Assembly (NCBI GenBank): GCA_963825055.1
Contig: CAWGSK010000032.1
Location: forward strand, 1-31,849
Reading direction: 5' to 3'
Length of the DNA stretch: 31,849 nt
Origin: an uncultured Gemmatimonadales bacterium
GTDB taxonomy: Bacteria; Gemmatimonadota; Gemmatimonadetes; Gemmatimonadales; GWC2-71-9
Within the stretch, counting starts at the first letter, position 1. Every line of letters starts with the position of its first letter. A program made the position numbers and the translations under genes. The notes below the pieces were generated by a model. It ran no database searches. It had not been told where the DNA came from and worked only from the letters and a program-made list of their open reading frames with translations. Below, piece after piece: positions 1 through 8,753 of this stretch.

Positions 1-54
1 TCGCGGAAGTATATACTCGTTCCTCCCCGTTGCCGTAACGTCTCCGGAGCCTCC

Positions 55-1299
55 ATGCCAAACCCCCGCTGGCCCTCCGTCGTCCCTGTCCTCGCCCTTC
101 CCCTGGTTTTCGCCTGCGGGGGCGAGGCTGCGCCGCGCGCGGCCGTGGAACGGGACAGCGCCGGGGTGCATATCGTCGAGAACACGGCACCGGCATGGAA
201 GGAAGGTGCCGGCTGGCGGGTGCCGGACACGACACTGGTGGAGATTGGTGCGGATGCCGACCATCCCGAGCGGGATTTTGCCAGGGTCGGGGGAGCCTTC
301 CGGCTTTCCGACGGCCGGCTTGCGGTACTGGACGGGGGGAACAGGCAGGTACGCTTTTACGATTCCACCGGGACATGGCTCGGCTCCGTCGGCCGGGAGG
401 GGAGTGGCCCGGGAGAGTTCCAGAACCCCTTTGGATTCTGGCGCCGGGGAGGAGACACGCTCCAGGTCTTCGACTTCCAGGCGCGCCGGATCTCGATCCT
501 CGACGATACGGGGGCGTTCATCCGGGCCTATGTCATCCGCTCGCCGGGGAACCTGATGTTCCCCATACCGGCAGGCGTCTTTGACGACGGAACACTCCTC
601 GTTGCCGTGCAACAGATCGACACCACCGCAAAGAGCGGCGGCCCCTACCGTACACCAACGGCCTATGTGACCTACCTGGATTCGGGAGAACTTCGCGATA
701 CGATCGGGATCTTTCCCGGCATCGAGATGTACCCGGCCACGATGTCCTTCAACGGGCGCGATTTTCCTTCGCCCGCGCCCGTGCCGCTCGGCCGCAACAC
801 CTTTGCGGTTGCGCGAGGCGGCCTCGTATACATGGCACCGAACGAGGGGTGGGAGGTGCGGGTGCTGGATTCGACGGGCGCGGTCCGACTCCTGGCGAGA
901 CGCGACTTCCAGCCTGCCGCCTTGTCGGCGGAGGATGTCAACCGGGCGAGGAACGACGCGATGGAGCGGCTGAAGACCAACTCGAACAACATCCCGGCAC
1001 CCATGATGGAGCAACTCGAAAAGCGCATAGAGACGGCGCCATATCCCGATCATCTCCCGTCGTACAGCGGCCTCCTCGTGGATGCTGGAGGGAATCTCTG
1101 GGCCGAGGAGGCGCGCGCACCGGGCCTGACGCAACGCACCTACAACGTGCTGGACTCCACTGGTCACTGGCTCGGCGATGTCACGCTGCCCGATGGCTTC
1201 CGCCCGACGGACATCGGCACTGACCACGTCACCGGGGTCTGGCAGGACGAGGACGACCTTGAGTACGTGAGGGTCTACCGGCTGTCCCGCACGCCGTGA
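55..1299 (+). CDS. Lipoprotein, 6-bladed beta-propeller-like (NHL/TolB-like) protein
   Basis: 414 aa. Hydrophobic leader with lipobox LVFA-C; 'GREGSGPGEF' propeller motif and repeated 'D.TG..LG' blades; GGAG upstream and TATACT at 12-17. Confidence 0.75.
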   Translation: MPNPRWPSVVPVLALPLVFACGGEAAPRAAVERDSAGVHIVENTAPAWKEGAGWRVPDTTLVEIGADADHPERDFARVGGAFRLSDGRLAVLDGGNRQVRFYDSTGTWLGSVGREGSGPGEFQNPFGFWRRGGDTLQVFDFQARRISILDDTGAFIRAYVIRSPGNLMFPIPAGVFDDGTLLVAVQQIDTTAKSGGPYRTPTAYVTYLDSGELRDTIGIFPGIEMYPATMSFNGRDFPSPAPVPLGRNTFAVARGGLVYMAPNEGWEVRVLDSTGAVRLLARRDFQPAALSAEDVNRARNDAMERLKTNSNNIPAPMMEQLEKRIETAPYPDHLPSYSGLLVDAGGNLWAEEARAPGLTQRTYNVLDSTGHWLGDVTLPDGFRPTDIGTDHVTGVWQDEDDLEYVRVYRLSRTP

Positions 1300-1542
1300 T
1301 GCGCCGCGGCCTCGCCAGCACACTGGCGCTGGCCCTCCTGGCGGCAGGGCCAGCCATGGCGTCCGTCGCGGTCACCGATGTCTTGATCGTGGATGTCGCG
1401 GCCGACAGCGTTATCCCGGGGCGCACGGTGCTCATCCGGGATGGCCATGTCGTCCGTGTCGAACCCGCTGGCGGCAAGTGCTCTGGCCGCCAGAACCGTC
1501 GTGGATGGAAAAGGCCGTTATCTCATGCCTCTCGACGGATGA
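1299..1542 (+). pseudogene. 5' remnant of a secreted amidohydrolase-family gene (frameshifted, truncated)
   Basis: ATG overlaps the upstream TGA. Signal peptide, then VAVTDVLIVDV..IPGRTVLIRDGHVVRV; in the +1 frame from ~1471: AARTVVDGKGRYLMPLDG-stop. This matches the amidohydrolase N-terminal strand and 'DGxGxYLxPGLxD' but stops before HxH. Confidence 0.7.
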
Positions 1543-1618
1543 CTCGAACTTCCGATGTTGGGTTTACGAGATTTCGGATCCTCCTCCAGGCAGCGGGCGG
1601 CGGCCCAACGACCTGCTG

Positions 1619-2218
1619 TCATTGTGGCCTGAACCCATGATTCGCGAGGGTGTCCAGGCGAGCACGTGCCATGGCGTTGCGGACGGTGCCCTGGGAATGC
1701 AGCCGTTCCAGTTCCGCCTGACCTTCAGATCCCATGTGGGATAATGCCATAACGGAGGTGTACTGGAGGGGAAACGGCAATTTCCCGCGCCCCTTCGGAG
1801 AGTCAGACTGGGCTGCAACATCTGCGAGAAAAGCTGCTGCGACTTGACGGTCCGCCTGCTGGACCGTTGTCCTGATAATCACCCACTTGACCCATTCGTC
1901 GCCCGACTGCTGGTAGATACGCGCCAGCCTCGGGACGATGCCGGGATAGGGGGGAGGGCCGGCATGTGGGTCCTGCCCCAAACCCCAACCAACAGCTGCC
2001 AGGGCAATGGCAGCTGAACGTCGCTCACCAGAGGTAGCAGAGCTCAGCGCTGCGTGCTCCAGAGAATCCAGCGTCGGCTGGATCTCTGCGACGGACAAGA
2101 AGTCCTGAGCTGCTGTACCGCGTGGCACCAGGACAGCAACAAGGAGGAGGCAGCAGGATACCACCCCGCTCCAGCGTAGTCCGGCTGCTCGAAGGCTGAT
2201 ATCTGTGCATCGTAACAT
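1619..2218 (-). CDS. Hypothetical secreted alpha-helical (HEAT-like) protein; candidate immunity protein
   Basis: AGGAGG 7 nt before ATG at 2218 (better than the 2275 start); signal peptide ending ..GTAA-Q; helical composition; inside the low-GC segment. Confidence 0.6.
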   Translation of the reverse strand: MLRCTDISLRAAGLRWSGVVSCCLLLVAVLVPRGTAAQDFLSVAEIQPTLDSLEHAALSSATSGERRSAAIALAAVGWGLGQDPHAGPPPYPGIVPRLARIYQQSGDEWVKWVIIRTTVQQADRQVAAAFLADVAAQSDSPKGRGKLPFPLQYTSVMALSHMGSEGQAELERLHSQGTVRNAMARARLDTLANHGFRPQ

Positions 2219-2252
2219 TGGGATGCCTCCTAATGTCATGAACTCGTTCGGA

Positions 2253-2879
2253 TCACAAACACTCAAATTGCCCATTTACGAGTTGGGTCAAAGAAATCTT
2301 GTAGTATCGAGAATAAGTACTGTCGAATACCCAGGTATCACCGCACTTCCCTCCATTCTGGACGTAGTTGTCTTTCACGAATTCGTGCTCGTTCGCGAAA
2401 GAACTAATCATCGCGTCGATCGCATGCACGCGTTGTCCAACCAATGCCGTGAGCCAAGGCATTGTGGTTTGAACGACAGGCTCGAGCACTCGATAGGGAT
2501 CGTTCAGAGTATCGCGAGCCGCAATGCGGCGTCGCGCCTCATGCCCATTTGCGGTCGCGGGATTGAGCGGATCGTGAGTACCAAACCCTTCGTGACTCCA
2601 GATCGCGGCGAACATGGGAGTCAGGCTAAACCCTTGGCACGACTCATTGTATGTGAAGAAGTTCACGACAACCGGATCATTCCCGCCTAGGCCTAATGCT
2701 CGACGGCATGTCCGCTGATCGGAACTATTGTGCAGGGTGTCGGTTGGCCCTCCTGGCTGGACGAAAGGATTCATTTCGCTGGTGTGGTTCATGGAATACG
2801 TGACGCTGACGAGATATAGCAATCCTTCGTTGGGGCCTCCGCCTATTGAATCGGGTGGGCCCTGTCGCGCCCGGCCCGA
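2253..2879 (-). CDS. Low-GC hypothetical protein, probably a 5'-truncated C-terminal domain (HEGFG..GHE motifs)
   Basis: Frame is open from TAG at 2880-2882 to TGA at 2253; only a TTG start (2822) without a clear SD; 2281-2340 is 23/60 GC. Confidence 0.5.
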   Translation of the reverse strand, partial: SGRARQGPPDSIGGGPNEGLLYLVSVTYSMNHTSEMNPFVQPGGPTDTLHNSSDQRTCRRALGLGGNDPVVVNFFTYNESCQGFSLTPMFAAIWSHEGFGTHDPLNPATANGHEARRRIAARDTLNDPYRVLEPVVQTTMPWLTALVGQRVHAIDAMISSFANEHEFVKDNYVQNGGKCGDTWVFDSTYSRYYKISLTQLVNGQFECL

Positions 2880-3049
2880 CTAGATAGTCTGCGTCGCGGT
2901 GGTCCTCTTTCTAACGGCGAGGAGCCGCGAACGCCCCCCAGCATCGGGTCCGTCCGTGGGGGTCAAGGGCTAGTGTATCGGTCATATCCGGGTCCGCAAG
3001 GGGGGAGATCTCCAAGCTAACATTTGCTGACTTCCAGGGGCCCTGAGTG

Positions 3050-3261
3050 GCGGGGCATCCCCCGGCTAGCGTGTCGGTGCTGGAGGCGGCGGAACTCGGC
3101 ATGCTCCCGCGGTCAGCCGGCGCTGATGCCGCCATCGCCCTGGGTGAGTGGCAACGCTCACTTGCCTGCCGGGTCAGGGCGGATCAGGAACAACAGGTGG
3201 CGCGCCGCGAGCGATCACCCGGCAGGCACTCGATGCCATGCTGGCCGCCCCGGTCAATTGA
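3050..3261 (+). pseudogene. Degraded putative 3' remnant of the amidohydrolase gene
   Basis: Fragments in different frames (LEAAELG..IALG, RIRNNR, AITRQALDAMLAAPVN-stop 3259-3261) resemble amidohydrolase C-termini (G.I..GK.AD..DIRNTR....ALDAML). Confidence 0.4.
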
Positions 3262-3267
3262 CGGCAG

Positions 3268-3882
3268 TCAGGCTGCGCGGCGCCCGAGCGCGCCGAGCGG
3301 AAGGAGGGCCAGTGCCAGCACACCCAGGCCGCCATAGAGGGCGCCGTGACGGCCTGCCGATCCCAGGGTGGCACGCTCGTCGCTTCCGGACAGCGCAGCC
3401 TGCCGGATCAGCATGGCGTTCACGTCCCGGTCGGTCACGGGGACAGGAATCGTCCAGCGCCCGTCCTGCCGCGTGGGAACCTCCACTCCGGCCACGGTCC
3501 CGTCCGTGCGGAGACTCACCACGGCGCTGGCCATGTTGCCGTGCTCCCCGCCATGCATCACGAGCAGCCAGGTGCCGCGTGTCTCAGGCGTGAATCGCAC
3601 GGCAAAGACGCCCGCCTGGCCGGTACGCGCGATCTCCAGCGGGATGCTGCGCCGCTTGCCGTCCACCAGGCCCTCGGCACTCCCCGTGGGCATGAGCCCG
3701 AGCGCGGTGCCGTGATGGTACAGGTGGACGAGGAGGTAGGCACCGCGACTGCCGTCGATGTACGGATTGGCGGGCAGTTCCACCGAAATCCAGGACGGGC
3801 CCGCGAATGCCGGCGGGGCGACGGCCACAAGGGCCGCGAGTACACCGGCGCTGCAGATGATGGTGCGGAGTCTGGCGAACAT
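3268..3882 (-). CDS. Exported hypothetical protein with C-terminal membrane anchor
   Basis: AGGAG 6 nt before ATG 3882; signal peptide ..PPAFA-G; HLYHH motif; C-terminal hydrophobic helix followed by RR. Confidence 0.75.
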   Translation of the reverse strand: MFARLRTIICSAGVLAALVAVAPPAFAGPSWISVELPANPYIDGSRGAYLLVHLYHHGTALGLMPTGSAEGLVDGKRRSIPLEIARTGQAGVFAVRFTPETRGTWLLVMHGGEHGNMASAVVSLRTDGTVAGVEVPTRQDGRWTIPVPVTDRDVNAMLIRQAALSGSDERATLGSAGRHGALYGGLGVLALALLPLGALGRRAA

Positions 3883-3922
3883 GGGCATCTCCTGTGAGGG
3901 GAAGAAGTATCGCTTTCCCTAC

Positions 3923-3950
3923 TGAGACGCCTGCCGAAGGGCAAGGGTTT
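3923..3950 (-). promoter_or_regulatory. ECF-type promoter AAAC-N17-CGTCTCA (copy 2)
   Basis: Minus strand TAAACCCTTGCCCTTCGGCAGGCGTCTCA; same boxes and spacing as 6073-6046. Confidence 0.7.
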
Positions 3951-4003
3951 AGGGAAGCTTGCGACAAGTGTCTGTGTCGCTCCGTCACTCATAAAACGGC
4001 AGC

Positions 4004-4887
4004 TTAGCTGCCCCTTCTCCGCGCCCCTCTCGTTGAGGGTGATCGTGCCCTTGAAGGTGCGCACGGTAATGTGCGCACTGGCGTCACCCTGCGTCACGTG
4101 CAGTTCCTGACCGAGCCCGTCGGTGGAGGGCACCGGCTTCCGCCCCGCCCACGTGTCCCGGATGGTTCCCCGGTAGCTCTCGGCGCTCACTTCGGCGGCC
4201 AGGCCGGGCGGGAGACGTAATTCGATGCTGCCGGCATGCGTCTCGAGCTCCAGCGATCCGTCGCGCTGCAGTGTGCCGCGCCAGGCGACGTCGCCGGTGA
4301 CGGTCTCGAAGCGCGCCCGCCTGACGTCCACTCCCTCGACCACGATGCTGCCGCTCACCGATTCGGCGGCGACATCTTCACCGGCCCCCGAGATACGGAT
4401 CCCGCCGCTCGCCGTCTTGGCGCGCATCCACGGGCTTCGCGCGTCAAGGGCCACGTCGCCGTCCATCGTCACTACCTTGAGCTCGCGCATCACGCCGCCC
4501 ACCGCGACCGCTCCCGCGGTGGAGGCCACATCCACCATGCCGGTCACGCCCTCGACATCCACCCGGCCCTCGGCCGTGATCACCCAGAGCCGGGCACCCG
4601 CGGGGAGCCACACCTCCACTGTCCCCTCGGAGGCCGGCGCACCAGGTGGCGTCTCGAGGCCGAGCTTCACGCCCTTACGGCCCCCACCCATGAAGAAACG
4701 GCCACCACCCTCCACGGCACGCACCATGATGGAGTCGCGATTCCAGCCGTGGATGGTGACCGGCCCGGTCATGTTGTGAACCTTGACGGCAGCTTCGGGG
4801 TCGAGGCCCTGGGCGCGGGTCACCGGCCCCTGGGCGAAAAGGGCGCCGGGGCAGAGAGCCGAGAATCAGGACGGCAAGGGGTCGCAT
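4004..4887 (-). CDS. DUF4097 family beta-strand repeat protein (two apparent +1 frameshifts)
   Basis: MRPLAVLIL at 4887 joins LCPGALFAQGPV after removing one base near 4860; repeats '..T..G.V.V.G'. The likely stop TAA 4006-4004 is again +1 off; the tracked ORF reads through into the next gene. Confidence 0.75.
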
Positions 4888-4890
4888 GGG

Positions 4891-5477
4891 TCAGGCCTCC
4901 GTGGATGCCGCGGCGCGCCGCAACAGGTCAAGTTTCTTCTCCCACGCGGCGCGGAGCATCAGTGCCAGGCCGGTGTCGCCCGGCCGCTCCCGCAGTGCGT
5001 CCTGCAGTTCTGCGATGGCCTGGTCGGTGATGCGCAGGTTCCGCTCGACCACGGTCACCACGCCCGGGGCCATGGCCTCCTGCCGCGCCTCGACCGTGGT
5101 GAGGAGCTCGGTGGCTGCGGCGCGATACTCCGCCTCCATGGCGGCGAGTCCGTCGTGAGTGACCGGTGCCGGGCGAGCAGCCCTGCCACGATGGCCCCGC
5201 CCAGGGCCAGCAGCGTGATGATGGCCGCGGCCGTGAGCCAGCGACGCGCCGGGCGTGAGGGTGCGAGGCGGGCATCGATACCGGGCCAGAGATCGCGCGA
5301 CGGCTGGATCCTCTCCGGGAGCAGCGCGGCATCCGATTCGAGTCGATCGAGGAAATGGAAGTCGGCGGAGCAGGAAGCGCAGGGGGCCAGGTGGGCGCGC
5401 ACCTGTGCGGCATCGTCGTCGGGCAGCGTACCGGCGCGGAGGCCATCGAGAAGGGCCAGGGCTTCGTCGCAGTTCAT
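4891..5477 (-). CDS. Zinc-binding (zf-HC2/ZAS) transmembrane anti-sigma factor, frameshifted near 5180
   Basis: HLAPCASC motif, DLWPGI, TM helix. ORF 4891-5139 supplies the C-terminal domain (NLRITDQAI..KKLDLLRRAA), which matches the intact paralog 16891-17571. Confidence 0.8.
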
Positions 5478-6040
5478 GAGTCGAGCATCTCCCTCAGCAG
5501 CCGGCGGGCGCGGAACAGCTGGGCCTTGGAGGTTCCCACCGCGATGCCGGCCACATCGGCGATTTCGTCGTGCCGGTATCCTTCGATGTCGTACAGGACG
5601 AACACTTCTCTTGCGCCGTCCGGCAGGCGCGCAATGGCGCGCTCGAGGTCAAGCACCAGGCCCGGAGGCGCGGGTCGGGACCGGAAGATTTCTCCCTGTG
5701 CCGCTTCCTGGTGCCGCCGCCGGCGCCGGTCCGACCGCCGTTCGCTCAGGACCACGTTGACCGCCAGGCGATGCAGCCACGTCGTGAAGGCGCTGTCGCC
5801 CCGGAACGAGGCGAGCCGCTCCCACACCCGGACGTACACGTCCTGGGTGAGTTCCTCGGCACGCGCGGGGTCACCCGAGAGGCGAAGGCAGAGGGCGTAG
5901 GTCCGGGGCACCGTCCGGCGGTGCAGCTCGCTGAAGGCACGCCGGTCCCCGCCGGCCGCCGCGGCGGCGAGCTGGTTCATCGCCGGACCCGTAACCGGGC
6001 AGGCGGCAAGGGAGCCGAGGGTGAGGATGGAGGTCGCCAC
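5474..6040 (-). CDS. ECF RNA polymerase sigma factor (ECF-1)
   Basis: Region 2 AEELTQDVYVRVW..FRGDSAFTTWLHRLAVN; region 4 LPDGAREVFVL..EIA..GTSKAQLFRAR. ATG 6046 lies within the -10 box, so GTG 6040 or ATG 5980 is more likely. Confidence 0.93.
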   Translation of the reverse strand: MATSILTLGSLAACPVTGPAMNQLAAAAAGGDRRAFSELHRRTVPRTYALCLRLSGDPARAEELTQDVYVRVWERLASFRGDSAFTTWLHRLAVNVVLSERRSDRRRRRHQEAAQGEIFRSRPAPPGLVLDLERAIARLPDGAREVFVLYDIEGYRHDEIADVAGIAVGTSKAQLFRARRLLREMLDS

Positions 6041-6045
6041 TGCCA

Positions 6046-6073
6046 TGAGACGCCGGTCGGGCGCACGGGGTTT
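6046..6073 (-). promoter_or_regulatory. ECF-type autoregulatory promoter AAAC-N17-CGTCTCA (copy 1)
   Basis: Minus strand CAAACCCCGTGCGCCCGACCGGCGTCTCA directly upstream of the sigma gene; AAC/CGT cores are typical of ECF promoters. Confidence 0.72.
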
Positions 6074-6079
6074 GAATCC

Positions 6080-6430
6080 TCAGGCCCCGTCTACCACCTC
6101 GGCGATCGGGCCGATCTGGCAGGCGCTCATCAGGTCCGGCCGGGGCCGGAGGGTGAGCGTCGCCTGGCGGCCGTCCACCAGGATCGATGGATCGGCGCCG
6201 GCCCGGAGCTCGAAGTGCCCGCCGCCTTCGAGGTCGAAACGCCAGCAGCCACCCTCCACGTTCACCCGGTGGATGGTCCCTGTGGCCCGGAACGTCGTGT
6301 CACCGGACATGGGGGTTCCCAGTTCTGAATCGGGTGATGCCGGGGTCGTGGCTGCCTCCTGCTGACGGCATCCGGTGGCCACGAGGGCCAGAAACAGGAC
6401 CGCGCCTGTCCAGCGGGCAGATGAAGTCAT
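6080..6430 (-). CDS. Small lipoprotein, DUF5818/OB-fold-like
   Basis: Lipobox VATG-C; GTI..VEGGCW...SACQIG two-Cys motif; AAGGA upstream. Confidence 0.7.
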   Translation of the reverse strand: MTSSARWTGAVLFLALVATGCRQQEAATTPASPDSELGTPMSGDTTFRATGTIHRVNVEGGCWRFDLEGGGHFELRAGADPSILVDGRQATLTLRPRPDLMSACQIGPIAEVVDGA

Positions 6431-6442
6431 GGGAAATTCCTT

Positions 6443-7129
6443 TCATGGTGTTGCATCGCCAGGGCTGGGAAGCGGATCGCGGGCCCGGCGCACTTCGTGG
6501 CGGCCGCGGAGCATGGCGACCGTGACGGCGATGGTGATCATGATAAGCGTCGCGCCGACCAGGATCCGGGTCGACACCGAGACGTAGAGGCCGAGCGCCG
6601 CGAAGAACCAGAGCCGGGGGGCCCGTCCCAGGAACGTCGCCAGCAGATAGGGACGGACCGGATAACCGGCGAGCGGCGCGAGGAATCGCACGGCCCAGAA
6701 GGGCAGTGGACTCCAGCTGCACAGCCAGACGGTGAAAAATGGCGCGCGCTCGAACAGCGCCACGGTGGCCCGGACGGCGCGGGAGTCGCGGGCGCGGTCC
6801 AGCCGCGGATGGTACAGCGCCTTGCGGTACAGGTGGTAGTTCAGGAACTCGACATACAGGGTCCCCGCGATGCCGACGAGTGCTACCGCCAGCGGGGGAT
6901 AGACCCGCCCGGCCACCATGAGTACGGGCTCGTAGGTGGCCGGGAGCAGCGGCGCGAGCGGCCCGTTGACGAAGATGGTGATGCAGAGGAAGCCGACCAG
7001 CCCCGCCGCCGGGGGCCACCAGAGCACCAGTCCGATGCCGACGACTCCCAGCACGCCGGTGGCCCGGAGGATGCCGTCCCACACAGGGGTTCCCCTCGGG
7101 CGCAGCCAGACGCTATGCGACCGGGTCAA
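6443..7129 (-). CDS. VTT domain (DedA/SNARE-associated) membrane protein
   Basis: Multiple TMs; PLLPATYEP, SPLPFWAVRFLA, ATFLGRAPR motifs; overlaps the upstream gene end. Confidence 0.75.
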   Translation of the reverse strand: MTRSHSVWLRPRGTPVWDGILRATGVLGVVGIGLVLWWPPAAGLVGFLCITIFVNGPLAPLLPATYEPVLMVAGRVYPPLAVALVGIAGTLYVEFLNYHLYRKALYHPRLDRARDSRAVRATVALFERAPFFTVWLCSWSPLPFWAVRFLAPLAGYPVRPYLLATFLGRAPRLWFFAALGLYVSVSTRILVGATLIMITIAVTVAMLRGRHEVRRARDPLPSPGDATP

Positions 7130-8540
7130 AGCTCGCTTCAGGGAGTGCGGCCAGGGCCGACGCCGGGAGCCCGTCGAGCCCGGGGGGAATCGGAACGTCC
7201 AGCATCTCCAGCATGGTCGGCATGAGGTCCACCGTCCGCATCGGCGCCACGGGGAGCGGGATGGTCGCCGCGATCGGCACCAGCATGTGGTCCGCGGTCA
7301 GGCTTCCGTGCCCCGAGCGATGCTCGGGAATTTCCCAGGGCCCCCGGAAGTCGCAGCCCGGCGCGGCGGCGAGAATGATGTCACCGGCGCGCCGGGCTGC
7401 GAAGACCTGAAGCAACTGGCGCGGCGCGTCGGGAAGGTCGGTGCTGAGCGAGCGGGCCAGGACGTCGCGGTCACGTCCCTCCACCGGTCCGCCCAGCCCC
7501 AGCGGATCGCCCGTGACAGGGAGATAGCGTATCACGTCGTCCTCCTCCACGAGATGGGCGCGCTCGTTCCGGCGAATGACTGTCACCCGTCCGTCATCGT
7601 CGCGGAAGGCGGCGAGGCGCACCGAGCGCAGTCCCGCGAGCATCGGCAGGAGGTCGGGCGGGAACTCCGACTCGGTCCGGGGCGTCACGCGGCCGGAGCG
7701 GGGCTCGAGGTAGATCTGCACGCTGGCGTTGCCGGAGACCATCGAGGCCGCGCGGGCGTCCCGCCGCCAGACGTGCATCGGGTGCCTGAGGGTGGGTACT
7801 CCGTGATTTTCCAGCCAGACGGCGATGTCCTCGTGCTGGTGGATGGCGTCGGCGCCATGGTCGGAGGCCACGATGATCCCGGGCGCCTCGCCGAGCTGCC
7901 GGGCGCGGTCCACGAAGCGCCCCAGGGCGCGGTCCACCAGCCGGTACGCCTCGAGCACCGTCTCATGCCACGGATCGGTGAAATGCGTGAGCCCGTCCAC
8001 GCCGGGAAATACCACGAACAGGAACCGCCAGGGATCATCCAGTGCGGCCACCCAGCTCTCGGCCACGGCGTTGTCCAGCGAGGCATAATTGGCCGTGTAG
8101 TGTGCCGGGGTTCCCAGCAGCATGCGCCTGATTGGCATCCGATGCGCGCCCCCGGGGAGGCCCCGGGTGATCGGAGTGCAGATCGCCTGGCTGGGGACGG
8201 CGTCGAACATCGAGGTGCCGGCCTCGATGTCACGGTTTATCCAGCCGCCCTGGATGCCGCAGTAGCTCCGCGCCGCGGTCCAGCGGTCACGCCACCCGCC
8301 GCCGGCCCGCCCCCGGTCCAGCCATCGGATGCCGGGGATGCCTGCGGTTCCCGGATACCGGCCGAAGAGGAATGGGATGTAGCCGACGCCCGTGGTCGAG
8401 GGGAACACCGTCGTGCCCGTCGTCCAGCTTCCCTGCTCGATAACGTGCCTGGAGAGATGGGGCAGTTCCCCCCGGTCCAGCAGCATCTGCAGGACGTCGG
8501 GCCGTGCTCCATCGATCAGGACGAAAACGACACGCTTCAC
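7113..8540 (-). CDS. Alkaline phosphatase superfamily, type I phosphodiesterase/nucleotide pyrophosphatase
   Basis: VLIDG, FPSTT (Thr nucleophile), DGLTH, SDHG, GHG metal ligands; GGAGG before GTG 8540; no signal peptide. Confidence 0.85.
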   Translation of the reverse strand: MKRVVFVLIDGARPDVLQMLLDRGELPHLSRHVIEQGSWTTGTTVFPSTTGVGYIPFLFGRYPGTAGIPGIRWLDRGRAGGGWRDRWTAARSYCGIQGGWINRDIEAGTSMFDAVPSQAICTPITRGLPGGAHRMPIRRMLLGTPAHYTANYASLDNAVAESWVAALDDPWRFLFVVFPGVDGLTHFTDPWHETVLEAYRLVDRALGRFVDRARQLGEAPGIIVASDHGADAIHQHEDIAVWLENHGVPTLRHPMHVWRRDARAASMVSGNASVQIYLEPRSGRVTPRTESEFPPDLLPMLAGLRSVRLAAFRDDDGRVTVIRRNERAHLVEEDDVIRYLPVTGDPLGLGGPVEGRDRDVLARSLSTDLPDAPRQLLQVFAARRAGDIILAAAPGCDFRGPWEIPEHRSGHGSLTADHMLVPIAATIPLPVAPMRTVDLMPTMLEMLDVPIPPGLDGLPASALAALPEASFDPVA

Positions 8541-8753
8541 GGTACTTCCTCCCGGCCGGGCAGTGACATGAGGATTCGGCAGCAAATTAATCGACCAGAC
8601 CTGACCACGGTCCCCCGGGCAGGCTTCCGCCGACGGTATTATTGTTTAGACTAGATCGGCAGGGCATCCAACCGGGAGCCAGCCATGCCGGTACTCCCCC
8701 TGCCGCTGTATCTCTCACGCCTGCTGTCCCTGCACTCTTCCCTGGAGCCTGCC

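Noticed and set aside
2905..3030. Integron attC or dif-like site at the insert edge (two CTAAC/GTTAG cores)
   Set aside because: The cores are in the same orientation and do not fit RYYYAAC..GTTRRRY; no convincing Xer arms; no integrase.
3558..4003. C-terminal extension of the 421-aa ORF
   Set aside because: It runs through a promoter and out of frame across the next gene; better explained by a frameshift before TAA 4006-4004.
6936..8654. 572-aa plus-strand ORF, and similar long ORFs at 9716-10948, 23697-25508, 28590-29723 and 16656-17879
   Set aside because: Antisense or off-frame shadows of recognisable genes; expected in high-GC DNA and lacking any domain motifs.
8643..8671. Second copy of the ECF-2 promoter (CATCCAA)
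   Set aside because: No AAC element 16-17 nt upstream.
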